NCBI GenBank assembly: GCA_963733055.1
Contig: CAVTBR010000002.1
Span: forward strand, 160,001-224,000
Reading direction: 5' to 3'
Source of the DNA: Candidatus Bathyarchaeota archaeon
Lineage (GTDB): Archaea > Thermoproteota > Bathyarchaeia > 40CM-2-53-6
Length of the DNA: 64,000 nt
Every line of letters begins with the position of its first letter. Position 1 is the stretch's first letter. Below, piece by piece: positions 19,651 through 29,554 of the stretch. The notes below the pieces were generated by a model, which searched no databases, was not told the origin of the DNA, and was given only the letters and a program-made list of their open reading frames with translations. The position numbers were made by a program, and so were the translations under genes.

Positions 19651-21504
19651 TCAATTGAGAGTTAGGGAACGCAACTGTCGTAGCATTGATGTTTTCTTTC
19701 TTTGATGTGTTTCCATTCTTCGTAGTATGTCGTTGAGTGCCGTAACCGCCTTCACCATATATGGGCCTTTGTTCAGCATAACGCAATCCGCGCGGACACC
19801 CATTGCTGCATCTGTTATTTCAGCCCGAGAGGGCATGCCTTTCTTCGCTAGAGTTTCGAGAACTTCCGACGCCCATATTACCGGGGTGTGGGCCGCTTCG
19901 CAGATCCACAAAATCTCTTCCTGTACTTCAGCCAATCGTTCGTAACCGCACTCGACGGCGAGGTCCCCACGTGCTATCATCACACCGACAGCATCTGTCC
20001 ACCGCATTGCTGCGAACAACATGGATGGAAGGTTTTCGAAGCCTTCTCTAGTCTCGATCTTCAGAACGATCCCTTTTCGGCGGCTCTTCAACTTCTTAAG
20101 CTGCATTATCAGCGCTTCAACATCTTCCTTATTTTTCGCAAAGGAAAGGGCCACACTATCGGCGCATTTCGTTGCAACCGAAAGAGCTTCGAAGTCTTTC
20201 TGACCGAGGGCATCTGTGTCCAACCTAGTGTCAGGTAAGTTAATTCCCCTATCAGGTCTTAGTTTGGACCCCGCCGGTTTAGCGTGTGTAATGCGGACGC
20301 GGACTTGACCCTCGGTCTTGGCTTCTATTACGCCACCGATCTTACCGTCGTCGAACCAGATCGATTGACCAGGCTTCAAACCCGCAAGTGCTTCCCGAGT
20401 GAGACCGCCAACCTTGGGCAACTCCTCTCCGCCTTGACCCTCTGACCCTGCCGCAGGGTTGCCTGTTAGAAGCAGTTTGTCGCCAATCCGAAGGAGTATG
20501 CTAGTTTCAACCGGCTTCATGTCGCCGATTCTACTTTCAGCTGGCTGAGATTCGGTTTCCGGTTTCGTCTTCAGCAGTGTGTCTGGGCCAACGTAGGCCG
20601 TGCTCTGGGATTCAGCCCAGCGTGACTCGTCGACTTCTCCAGTAATTGTTAGAAGCCGTTTTTTCCCGCGCAGATCCGTGAATCTAATCATTGAGCCAAC
20701 CGCTAAGGAGGCTAACCAGTCGCCTTGAACCGGCAACCATGCATCTGCGTTTTCGTTCGGTATGGTTGGTCGCTCGTAGGGGGTTAACCAGATTCGTGCA
20801 GGGTGAATTACGTTTCCAACTTCATCTCGCTTCGGTCCCCACTTAATGACACGAGGTCCAGGTCCAATTTGTCCAGTGCGTAGTTTGCGTCCTGGCAAAT
20901 CGAATTCGACTTGGCAATCCTTTTCGAGTTCCTTCGAAGCCTGACGAAGGTTACGCACCATTCGGTGCCAGATAGACGCGTCATCTCTTGCACAATTTAT
21001 CCGCACACAATCAGTTCCGCAATCGATCAGATCGCGAACCAAAGTGTAATCGTCTGCGGCCTCAGTAGGGACGGTCACCATTATCCGTACGGCCCTATCG
21101 ATTGGTCTCCGTCCCAAGAGTTTCCGAGTATGTTCCTCGAGAAGCCTCGCGCCTTCTTGGAACCTTAGAGCGGGATGCTTAGCCGGGCGCAAGGCTTCCT
21201 CGCCCATTAAGCGTAGGAGGATGTTGAGGACGGATTCGATAGTAATCAGAACGTGACTTTCGCTTCGTCCAAGTGAGGATAAGCCAATCTCGGCTAATTC
21301 AGCTTGTAACTCGCGCATATCGAAGCGCCTGAGCGCGAGATAGTGGACTAGATTTCGAGCACTCTCTCTCCAAGAAGGGTCTGTGGACCGGATGAGTTGA
21401 GCAAAGTGTTCCTCCGCTTCCAACAAATTCACATGAATACGCCGTAACTCATTGATGAGTTTGGTAAGGGTCTTATCGTAACTTGACCTCTGTGGGTTTT
21501 TCAT
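19651..21504 (-). CDS. pyk: atypical long pyruvate kinase (N-terminal extension, enlarged B domain, no C domain)
   Basis: RIMVT, RINCA, DLPGRKLRTG, DDGKI, KIET, MIARGDLAVE, SRAEITDA, CVMLNKG. Confidence 0.88.
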   Translation of the reverse strand: MKNPQRSSYDKTLTKLINELRRIHVNLLEAEEHFAQLIRSTDPSWRESARNLVHYLALRRFDMRELQAELAEIGLSSLGRSESHVLITIESVLNILLRLMGEEALRPAKHPALRFQEGARLLEEHTRKLLGRRPIDRAVRIMVTVPTEAADDYTLVRDLIDCGTDCVRINCARDDASIWHRMVRNLRQASKELEKDCQVEFDLPGRKLRTGQIGPGPRVIKWGPKRDEVGNVIHPARIWLTPYERPTIPNENADAWLPVQGDWLASLAVGSMIRFTDLRGKKRLLTITGEVDESRWAESQSTAYVGPDTLLKTKPETESQPAESRIGDMKPVETSILLRIGDKLLLTGNPAAGSEGQGGEELPKVGGLTREALAGLKPGQSIWFDDGKIGGVIEAKTEGQVRVRITHAKPAGSKLRPDRGINLPDTRLDTDALGQKDFEALSVATKCADSVALSFAKNKEDVEALIMQLKKLKSRRKGIVLKIETREGFENLPSMLFAAMRWTDAVGVMIARGDLAVECGYERLAEVQEEILWICEAAHTPVIWASEVLETLAKKGMPSRAEITDAAMGVRADCVMLNKGPYMVKAVTALNDILRRMETHQRKKTSMLRQLRSLTLN

Positions 21505-21638
21505 TTACTCAGGCTTCTTTCAATTCGAGCGCTTGAACCGTCACTTCGAAGAATCCTATCTACAATGCCTATCATGGTAGGCTCTATTATAATGAAAAAA
21601 GAGAAAGAGGGTACGGGCGCCTTGCGGCGCTCGGACGC

Positions 21639-24600
21639 TTAAACGCGTCTTCGTTTGAGTATGTATACTGATGCTGCTAACGCTGCGAAAGCGACAACCG
21701 CTACTGCGCCGAATTCTGGGACAGGTATGTTGCTTTGTTCTAGGTACACGTTCTGACCCGATCCGCTCTGGCCTGGTGAGACCGAGACGGACCAAGTTTG
21801 AGGCGCATACCCTGCTTGACTGATGCTGAACTTGTAGTTGCCTGCGGGTAGGAAGGCTTGGTAAACGCCGTCGTAGGTGTAGAAGTTCCACGACGCCCCG
21901 CTAGCGCCAGTCACAGTGACTGTGCCCCAGCTGAGAGTGCGGAACTCATTACTCCACGTGAAAGCGAGTACGTTACCTGAGACGAACCCGTTCAGGTCAA
22001 CCTCAAAGACTGCGCTTGCTTCACCACTGTTGTGTGTTCCAGCTATCTGCCAGACACCTTCTTGCGAGTACGGGCCTAGGTGGTTCGCGGCCATGGTGTG
22101 GCCGACGAAAGCGCTGCCTGGTGGCGATACGTACTCATTCAGTGCAGTGTCTTCGGTCAGGCTGATGCCTGAGAGTGCGGTCGTGCCTGGGATGATGTGA
22201 TACGATTCACCCATCAACAGACCGTTGACCGGCGGATAGTACTGCGCAAAGATGTTTGTGTATGGGCTGGTTGGTGCTTGTCCGCCGCCGCTTGCGGCTT
22301 CCATTGTGCTTGTGTTGTTGGCGTACCATGGGACGAAGTCAGCCTCTGCTGTCCATCCACCCGTGTAGTCTGGAGCACCCGCGATTCCCGTGGAGGGGTA
22401 CGGATACTGACCATACGGGGCAGGGAAGCACCATAGGTTGAAGTCGCAGACACCAAAGGCACCGCCACCGGTCGATAGGGGGTCGCTGAAGTATGCCGGG
22501 TTGCCGAGGAGGAATCCTGCTGGCGGTTGTTGTGGTAAGCCAGCTGTGAGGACATGCAATAGCGTTGTTCCGCCTGGTAGGAAGTTATATGCTTTCAGCC
22601 CGGAAGCGGGTTTCTGTAGGCCCGCTTGGTCGCTGAATGGGTATTGTGGGGAAGTTGGGTTCACGAACCCGCTCGCTACGGTTGCGCCGTTGGCTGCTAT
22701 GGCGTGGCCAGTGCGGTCAACGTATGTGCCCTCACTGGACATCCATTCTGCTACCAACTGGCTTTGGTCGTTGAAGAAGCGGACTCGTGCGGACATGTTC
22801 ATGTTTGTTGGTGTGATGATGCTCTCTTTCTTGAAGAGAATATCAACCGTTAGGTTCACGCCAATGATCAGGTTGATTTTCATGTCCGCAACCTGCCCGC
22901 ATTGTGCGTAGGCTGTGAAGTCCTTGTCCTGTACGTAACCATACGTGTAGGCTGCGAGGTTGTAGGGGCCTGGGTTGAATGATAGCGGCCAGACGACTCT
23001 GGCTTGGTTGAACATAACATCCGTCAAGAGTTTCGCCTGGGTGGTGAATCCGTTCTTGCCAGCAGTATACCCGCCTACGAACGCATAACGTGCTGATGCT
23101 CCGTAGTAGACATCGTGCGAGTTAGAGAATCCTTGCAGTACGTTGCGTCCACCGCCATCCATTTCAGAGCAATTCAGTGAGTAGGTTTGTGCTCCCAATG
23201 GTTCCTTGAACCCGTCGGTCTGTGATGGGTTGAAGCAGTCTACTGCTTCCGGACCTTGGTAGAGGTGTGTGGTGTAGATGCTTGGTGGGAGGTAGAAGAC
23301 GCTGGAGACATCGCCGGCCGTGTCCCAGACCTTGCCGGCAGTGCCGTTCACTACAGGGTAGAAACCGACGTCGATCTCAGACCCTAGACAGCCATTATCT
23401 TTGCCGGCGTTGCCGTTGCCGATGTTGCCTTTCCCAGTTGCGAGGCCGAACGCCATTCCGTCTTGGCATCCGGACCAGACCCAGTTTCTGCTAACTCTTG
23501 GTCGTTCCCAGTCGATGCTGAATACTGATACGTTGAAGCCTGGTGTGAGGAATAGGTGATCGCTGATGAGGGTCGGATTACCGCTCAGGGTGACTGAGAC
23601 CTGTTGCGTATAGCCTGGCCCGCATGGAGCAACTTCAGTGTAGCCGTCTGTGGCTACATTCGGAGTGTATGTTCCGGATGGGATGCCGTAGTTTTCGCCA
23701 CCCCACGTGTCGTTGAGGCCCCAGAATTGTATAACAGCTCTGCCGCTTGCGATGGCGTCTTTGTTGAGGTGAGCTCTGTCGAGTTGGTCAGTTGTTCCTG
23801 GGCATGATACGGTTGGTGCGCCTGTTTCGCCGGAGCCGAGGAAGCTACCATAGCTTGAGAATGTCCCTAGGTTACTTGATTGTCTGCCGTTAGAGTTAAC
23901 ATCGTAGGCACAGTTTGAGTAGTATTTGTCGTTGTATCCTAGGTTGGTTACGTTGTGGGCGTAAATGTGTCCGTCGGCACCTACTAAGTTACCCCAAAGG
24001 TAACCTGCGCCGCTGTGGATTGGGCTTGTTACGATTGTGTTTGGTGTGTCGTGGAAGTAGACGGTCTTGTTAACCCAGCTTGAGAGGCGTATGTCGATTG
24101 GTAATGTCACATCTCCTGCCCACTCGTTGGGTGTTACGTCAAAGTAATACTCCTGGAAGGTAGAACCGTCCAGAGCAGTTTGCACGTAACGGAAGGTCCA
24201 GGCTCGCACGTAATAGCGGCCGGCTGTGAGGCCGTTGATCCAAGTCGCGTAGACCTGCGGAACTTCTCCCGACAAGTCTCTTGGAGCACCGTACTCACCC
24301 TTCAAACCAAACTCAAAGTGGAACGGAGTCGTGGTGTTACCAGCAACGTACCATTGTTGCGGTGGGCCGACTCCTTCGGGGTCGGATGTTAGGAAGGTGC
24401 ATGCGAAGTTGCCTGGCGCACATTTGTTGCTCCAGGAAACGTCGCGGCTGTAGCCGTTCGTCGCACCCGTAAAGGGGTTCGGCACGTCGCCATAGGCTGC
24501 GCCGTTGACTGTGCTGTACTCATGCCACGGAAACGCAATCGCGCTTCCGAGTCGTGGGTCACCACAGAGCCCGGCTGCACGGCGACCGTAGTACTTCTCT

Positions 24601-26027
24601 TGTCCTCCCGCGGTGCAGGGTAACGGGGACCAAGAGACTGGTGGACCAGCGCTCGGGTCAACTTGGTTGCTAAGAGTTGCTGCTGAGTAGAGTTCAATTT
24701 TCATGTATTGGCCTACAGTAGTTGTGACGCCGAGTCCAGAATCAATCGATGCTGGCCATGGTTGGTCACCGAACTGATGTTTCGTGTACACGTTACCGTG
24801 AACCACGGGCCCTGGTTGTAGGAAGCAATCGAAGTGAAGGGATTGACCCTTCAGAACCGTTACTCCACTATTGCACAACACCTGAGGATAACCAGCGGCT
24901 TCAGCATAAATGTCGTAAACGCCTGGCGCGAGGCCTTCTAATTCATAGTGGCCGTTTGCAGTTGCATTGATGAACGCCTGCGAGTTAATGGTTGCTAGGT
25001 CGGGCCGGTTTTGGCCGGTGTATGGATCGATGCGCATGGTCATGTTCGCCCAAACCATTCCAGCCTCCGCGATCGGTAGTTGATAGAGAGTTGAGTTGTA
25101 GCCCGCATACCGGAGAGTTCCGGTTATGATGGCCGGATCAGTCTCACCCTTCACCAACATCACTGGCCAGTTCTGTGGCGGAACCCAAACGTCTGGATTC
25201 TCTACGGTCGCGCTTGCGGCCGAGGATTGGGTTGGTCCGACGCCGTACTGGTTAGCGCCGGGCGCATTGTTTGAGTAGAGCATCATTTTGAAGAAGTATC
25301 GTCCCGCGGTGGATGGTGCGGTTACGCCGTTGATGCGGACGTAGTACCATTCACCGGCGGTTGTGAAGTTGAGGAATTGATGGTTGTAGCCCGGGTTTAT
25401 GATAGCGTCTGCCTGTATCAGGACTAAGGTCCAGCCTGGCGCATATCTATCGTCAGGCCCGAGCCTACCCACATATACGTTGGCGTAGTTGTTCGTCAGG
25501 GTGGATACGATTTGAGACGCGTCCTTGACTGTGAATTCGGGGGGGATCATGATGCTTATCGTGTCCCAACCCAAATTGTTCTTCAAGGTAGATTGAATCT
25601 CAGTCTTGCTTGTAGCGGCGCATCCAGTGCTCCAATTTGCTGGCAAGCAAGTCGCGTTAATCGCGAAGATCAAGTCACCCGTTGAACTTGTTAGTACTGC
25701 TCCGAATGGGGCATACGTGTCCGATTGAAGCTGATACCAACTGTTGCTCGGTGCACCCGGCGGATTACCGTTCGGGTAAGGTGACTGATAACCTGGCGAG
25801 CAGCTGTTGCTCACCGAGTTCGGATTACCCTGATACGCACATTGACCGCTGCCAGGCCAAACATAACCAATAGGCCCAGCAACATGCGGGTCAAAATTGT
25901 TATTGTCGTACGGATTGGTTCCGGATAGGTTGCCCAAGGTAAAGTGCGCTTGGGTGGGAACCATCACCGCCAACGTGCTGATTACGAATATTGCGATTGC
26001 TAGCGTTGCAGCTAATTTCTTACGCAA
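21639..26027 (-). CDS. large secreted cell-surface (possibly S-layer) glycoprotein with PEF-CTERM sorting signal
   Basis: Signal peptide MRKKLAATLAIAIFV...TQA; many N-x-S/T sequons; carboxypeptidase-regulatory-like segments (LAPGVYDIYAEAAGY, LPAGNYKFSISQAGY); C-terminus VPEF-TM-KRRRV. Confidence 0.85.
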   Translation of the reverse strand: MRKKLAATLAIAIFVISTLAVMVPTQAHFTLGNLSGTNPYDNNNFDPHVAGPIGYVWPGSGQCAYQGNPNSVSNSCSPGYQSPYPNGNPPGAPSNSWYQLQSDTYAPFGAVLTSSTGDLIFAINATCLPANWSTGCAATSKTEIQSTLKNNLGWDTISIMIPPEFTVKDASQIVSTLTNNYANVYVGRLGPDDRYAPGWTLVLIQADAIINPGYNHQFLNFTTAGEWYYVRINGVTAPSTAGRYFFKMMLYSNNAPGANQYGVGPTQSSAASATVENPDVWVPPQNWPVMLVKGETDPAIITGTLRYAGYNSTLYQLPIAEAGMVWANMTMRIDPYTGQNRPDLATINSQAFINATANGHYELEGLAPGVYDIYAEAAGYPQVLCNSGVTVLKGQSLHFDCFLQPGPVVHGNVYTKHQFGDQPWPASIDSGLGVTTTVGQYMKIELYSAATLSNQVDPSAGPPVSWSPLPCTAGGQEKYYGRRAAGLCGDPRLGSAIAFPWHEYSTVNGAAYGDVPNPFTGATNGYSRDVSWSNKCAPGNFACTFLTSDPEGVGPPQQWYVAGNTTTPFHFEFGLKGEYGAPRDLSGEVPQVYATWINGLTAGRYYVRAWTFRYVQTALDGSTFQEYYFDVTPNEWAGDVTLPIDIRLSSWVNKTVYFHDTPNTIVTSPIHSGAGYLWGNLVGADGHIYAHNVTNLGYNDKYYSNCAYDVNSNGRQSSNLGTFSSYGSFLGSGETGAPTVSCPGTTDQLDRAHLNKDAIASGRAVIQFWGLNDTWGGENYGIPSGTYTPNVATDGYTEVAPCGPGYTQQVSVTLSGNPTLISDHLFLTPGFNVSVFSIDWERPRVSRNWVWSGCQDGMAFGLATGKGNIGNGNAGKDNGCLGSEIDVGFYPVVNGTAGKVWDTAGDVSSVFYLPPSIYTTHLYQGPEAVDCFNPSQTDGFKEPLGAQTYSLNCSEMDGGGRNVLQGFSNSHDVYYGASARYAFVGGYTAGKNGFTTQAKLLTDVMFNQARVVWPLSFNPGPYNLAAYTYGYVQDKDFTAYAQCGQVADMKINLIIGVNLTVDILFKKESIITPTNMNMSARVRFFNDQSQLVAEWMSSEGTYVDRTGHAIAANGATVASGFVNPTSPQYPFSDQAGLQKPASGLKAYNFLPGGTTLLHVLTAGLPQQPPAGFLLGNPAYFSDPLSTGGGAFGVCDFNLWCFPAPYGQYPYPSTGIAGAPDYTGGWTAEADFVPWYANNTSTMEAASGGGQAPTSPYTNIFAQYYPPVNGLLMGESYHIIPGTTALSGISLTEDTALNEYVSPPGSAFVGHTMAANHLGPYSQEGVWQIAGTHNSGEASAVFEVDLNGFVSGNVLAFTWSNEFRTLSWGTVTVTGASGASWNFYTYDGVYQAFLPAGNYKFSISQAGYAPQTWSVSVSPGQSGSGQNVYLEQSNIPVPEFGAVAVVAFAALAASVYILKRRRV

Positions 26028-26324
26028 ATTTTCATTTCTCCTTTATTCTTTATTATGCGTAATTGTTACGCAAAAATCGCTACGGCGAGCTAGTGCTTTA
26101 TTAAATGACCAGTCGAAACCCAGAAAACTCAGCTCTGAGTTACATGAAATCACGCGCCGGAATACGATGTACCGTAATTACCGGAAATTGGGGAGTCTTT
26201 GCGTTAATTGATTCGATAATCATGACGAAATCCCGCCTCCCAATTTCCAAAGGGCAGTACAGAAAATCGCGTAAAACTAATCAAAAAACAGGGTATTTAG
26301 AATGTTCCAAGTCCTGGCTTGTCA

Positions 26325-26468
26325 TTACTTGGTAGTCAGCTTGTGGGTGTAGGCGTCGGCGAATTTCCCAAGCTTCCACGCAAGGAACACCACCGTCGCA
26401 ACAATGGCCACGCCTAGGATCGCCCTGATCACCAAGCCCACAAAAAGTAGGCCAATTGGAAGAGGCAT
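26325..26468 (-). CDS. small single-pass membrane protein
   Basis: MPLPIGLLFVGLVIRAILGVAIVATVVFLAWK; AGGTGA SD upstream. Confidence 0.55.
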   Translation of the reverse strand: MPLPIGLLFVGLVIRAILGVAIVATVVFLAWKLGKFADAYTHKLTTK

Positions 26469-26729
26469 TTTTTCTTCACCTTCAACGCGAACCGAGTCAT
26501 TTCTTGATAAAAGGAATTGCGTACGAATCATTCAGACCTATCAGTCATTTTTCGAAAATAGATCCACCAAACGTATCGTCAGGAAATTGACGAATGATCC
26601 GCCAACTTCCTGTAAGTGCCAATTCTTGTCGAATCTCGGCATTAGAAGTATGCAACATACTTTCGCTCGCACTTTCCGCGTGGTCAGAGGTGTTCACGAA
26701 CGAGGCAGTAGATCGTTAGGAGCAAGATG

Positions 26730-27248
26730 CTAAACGTCTTCGCCTGCTTTTGATCGGAGTTCGCTATACCAATCTGCCAGATTGTAGCTTTCGGCCCTGT
26801 AGTCTCCTCGGTATGGTTTGATGTCTAGGATGGGGGTTCCATCGAAGAAGTCCAACCCGCGGACCACCAACTTCCCTCCATCAATCTTCATCAGCTTCAC
26901 CAAGGTCAGACCAATTGGGTTAGGCCGGGTCGGGGAATCAATAGCGAATACGCCAACGAGGGGTAGCTCTTCAAGTTTGAACCCTTTCGCTAACATCCTT
27001 CGAGGTTTAACCTTCAACACCCCCTTCTGATCGGGTCTTAGTTTGTTCAAGTAGCTGAGAACGAAAATATGGGAGAACCCTTGCAAACCGTCTATCGCGT
27101 CCTGAAACTCGGGGTATATTTCAATCGTTGACTCAGCTTCCTTGCTTCGAAACCTCACGTCGTCGTCAGAACCTGTAGTGTGAACGACGCCAACGGGGCG
27201 AAAGACTACGCCGTTACTTGATACCATGCGGTCTACTTCGCTATTCAT
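26730..27248 (-). CDS. tsaA: tRNA m6t6A37 methyltransferase TrmO/TsaA family
   Basis: GLQGFSHI, GVFAIDSPTRPNPIGL, GLDFFDGTPILDIKPY. Confidence 0.9.
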   Translation of the reverse strand: MNSEVDRMVSSNGVVFRPVGVVHTTGSDDDVRFRSKEAESTIEIYPEFQDAIDGLQGFSHIFVLSYLNKLRPDQKGVLKVKPRRMLAKGFKLEELPLVGVFAIDSPTRPNPIGLTLVKLMKIDGGKLVVRGLDFFDGTPILDIKPYRGDYRAESYNLADWYSELRSKAGEDV

Positions 27249-27273
27249 CCATTTAGAGATGATTCAATCTCAT

Positions 27274-28794
27274 TCACGAATAGACGTTCTCAAACTCGGG
27301 TCGGAGTCTATCGTATACGTTCTTGTATGCCGAGAAAGCGTCACTATATACTGCAGCCGTGCGGGTTTGCGGCCGTTTGGTTTCTCTTACCCGCACGAGT
27401 CCTTTGACCGTGCTCGCAAGGTTAGAGAAGACGCCGGAACCATAGCCTGCCAATAGCGCAGTGCCGAAGACGGTTGCTTCCACGTGTGAAGTGAGTTCCA
27501 CCGATTTCCCTGTCACGTCGGCTTTGATGCCTCTCCACAGTTCGCTTCTCGCTTGGCCGCCGGACAGTCTGATCTTATGCACTTTGATTCCTTGTCGTTC
27601 TATCATCTCGATGTTATGTCTTGTCGCGTATGCTGAGGCTTCAAGAACTGCTCGCACAAGATCCTGCCTTCGATGGGATAGGGTTAGTCCAAAAATTACG
27701 CCATGAGCATACGGATCCCATATCGGCGAGCGTTCTCCTCCAGGAGCAAAATACGGTAGCACGATCAGGCCATTTGCGCCCGGCGGTGATCTCGCCGCAT
27801 CCGCGTCCATTAGCGCATAAGCGTTGCCACCTGCTTCGGAAGGGTATCCTCCCAGCAAATCTTTCAGCCACCGCAGCAATCCCCCAGTAGTGCTCGAAGC
27901 CGCAACAGCCAACCAACGGTCTGGGATGACGTGACATCTGTTAAGAGTTCCAGTTGGAAAACGCGGCTTGCTCAAACATACCGCGAGTTTTGTTGCTGTT
28001 CCGCCATCCTCCATCGCGTCTCCGTCCTCGAGCGCTCCGACCCCGAGGGCAGCACAAGCAGTATCGGCACCTCCCGCGATGACTGGGGTTCCCTTTCTTA
28101 GGCCTGTTTCGCGGGCGGCGGTTGAAGTTACTTCTCCCACGACATCCCATGGCGCCTTGAGATTGGGCAGCTTATCGACAGGGACGCCAAGTTCCTCGCA
28201 AAGTTTAGACGACCATCGCTTTCGACCCTTTGTTTCGAAGAGGAGAGTAAATGATGCGTTCGACCAATCCATAGTGAACTCATTCGTCAAATAACTCTCT
28301 AGAAAGCCGTTGCCGTGCACGAACTTGAAGGTCTTCGCATAAACTCCCGGGTGGGTTCTCTTTATCCAAAGAATTATTGGAGCCGAGTAGGCTGAGTGGG
28401 AAATCCTGTTTCCCGTTATCATAAAGAATTTCTCACTACCGATTTCTCTTTCCATCCAGTTTGCTTGCGCGATACTTCTACGATCCATGAAGAAGATTGA
28501 GTTCATGAGCGGCTTGCCGCTTCGATTGACTGGGATCAGTGACGGGCAGAGGCAGTCGACTGACGCGGCCACGATTTGTTTCGCAGAAATGCGTCCTTTT
28601 CGAATTACTCTGCGAATTACACTCCTGCATGAGGCTAACCAATTCGAGGCGCTATGTTCCCCGGCTAGGGGTTCGTTATGCAAGATGGGGTATTCATCGT
28701 ACGTTAAAGCAACTTGCCGCCCTTGTGTATCGAATAGGGCTGCTTTCATTCGGGTTGAACCGATATCGACTCCCAGCAGGAGATCTTTGGGCAT
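27274..28794 (-). CDS. FGGY-family carbohydrate kinase (xylulokinase-like)
   Basis: LGVDIGST, PVIAGGAD, LPYFAPGGERSPIWD, SGGQARS. Confidence 0.9.
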   Translation of the reverse strand: MPKDLLLGVDIGSTRMKAALFDTQGRQVALTYDEYPILHNEPLAGEHSASNWLASCRSVIRRVIRKGRISAKQIVAASVDCLCPSLIPVNRSGKPLMNSIFFMDRRSIAQANWMEREIGSEKFFMITGNRISHSAYSAPIILWIKRTHPGVYAKTFKFVHGNGFLESYLTNEFTMDWSNASFTLLFETKGRKRWSSKLCEELGVPVDKLPNLKAPWDVVGEVTSTAARETGLRKGTPVIAGGADTACAALGVGALEDGDAMEDGGTATKLAVCLSKPRFPTGTLNRCHVIPDRWLAVAASSTTGGLLRWLKDLLGGYPSEAGGNAYALMDADAARSPPGANGLIVLPYFAPGGERSPIWDPYAHGVIFGLTLSHRRQDLVRAVLEASAYATRHNIEMIERQGIKVHKIRLSGGQARSELWRGIKADVTGKSVELTSHVEATVFGTALLAGYGSGVFSNLASTVKGLVRVRETKRPQTRTAAVYSDAFSAYKNVYDRLRPEFENVYS

Positions 28795-28796
28795 AG

Positions 28797-29417
28797 CTAG
28801 CTCTTCGGCAAGTTGGCGATGAGACCAGTGAACAGTGCGGCCCTCGCCACGTCTTCCGCCCAATCCATAAAATTGAATGCATCGAAAATCGTTTTGCCCG
28901 CGGCTACCAGCCCATGGCCTTTCATGATGACCACTCGCACCGATTCGTCCTGAAAAGCCTCGGTGACCATTTTCGCCAATTCAGCCGAACCCGACGGCGC
29001 CCTTTCAACCATGGGAATCCTCTTCAACCAAGCCTTGGAGGGCGCGGTTACAAGTGGAAAGACGGTGCCCGCTATCGCCCAAGATGTTGCGTATGGAGGA
29101 TGGGCGTGCACAATGCCTCCCACATCACCGCGTTTTGAGTAGATGCCCAAGTGGAAGCCTACTTCTTTCGAAGGTCGACCCTCACCTGTAAGAATCTTGC
29201 CGACCTGGTCAATCTTGAGAAGTGCGTCTGATTTGGTCCACGTCATAGCCTCCCCAGTGGCTTTTATCAAAAAACTATTGGTGTCGGGTATTCTTACGCT
29301 TGTATTGCCACTGCTGCCGGGGGCCCAGCCTCGTTCGGCGACTTTTTTCGTAACCGCTAGAAGATCTTCTCTCAGCTTGACTTCGTCCATGCTAACCGTT
29401 CGTGGCGAATAGTTCAT
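28797..29417 (-). CDS. class II aldolase/adducin family (AraD/FucA-like)
   Basis: SGNTSVR, PSKE, IVHAHPPYAT, MKGHG. Confidence 0.9.
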   Translation of the reverse strand: MNYSPRTVSMDEVKLREDLLAVTKKVAERGWAPGSSGNTSVRIPDTNSFLIKATGEAMTWTKSDALLKIDQVGKILTGEGRPSKEVGFHLGIYSKRGDVGGIVHAHPPYATSWAIAGTVFPLVTAPSKAWLKRIPMVERAPSGSAELAKMVTEAFQDESVRVVIMKGHGLVAAGKTIFDAFNFMDWAEDVARAALFTGLIANLPKS

Positions 29418-29554
29418 CGCATATTAAGCGATTTCTCGTGCGATCAATTTCAAAAGCGAAACGATTCTTGATTCTTATCGAGCACACCTCTATTGTGATT
29501 TAGTAAGCAGGAATAAATCCGTCCAGGTCAAACAAGTGCTGACGCGTCTGAAAA

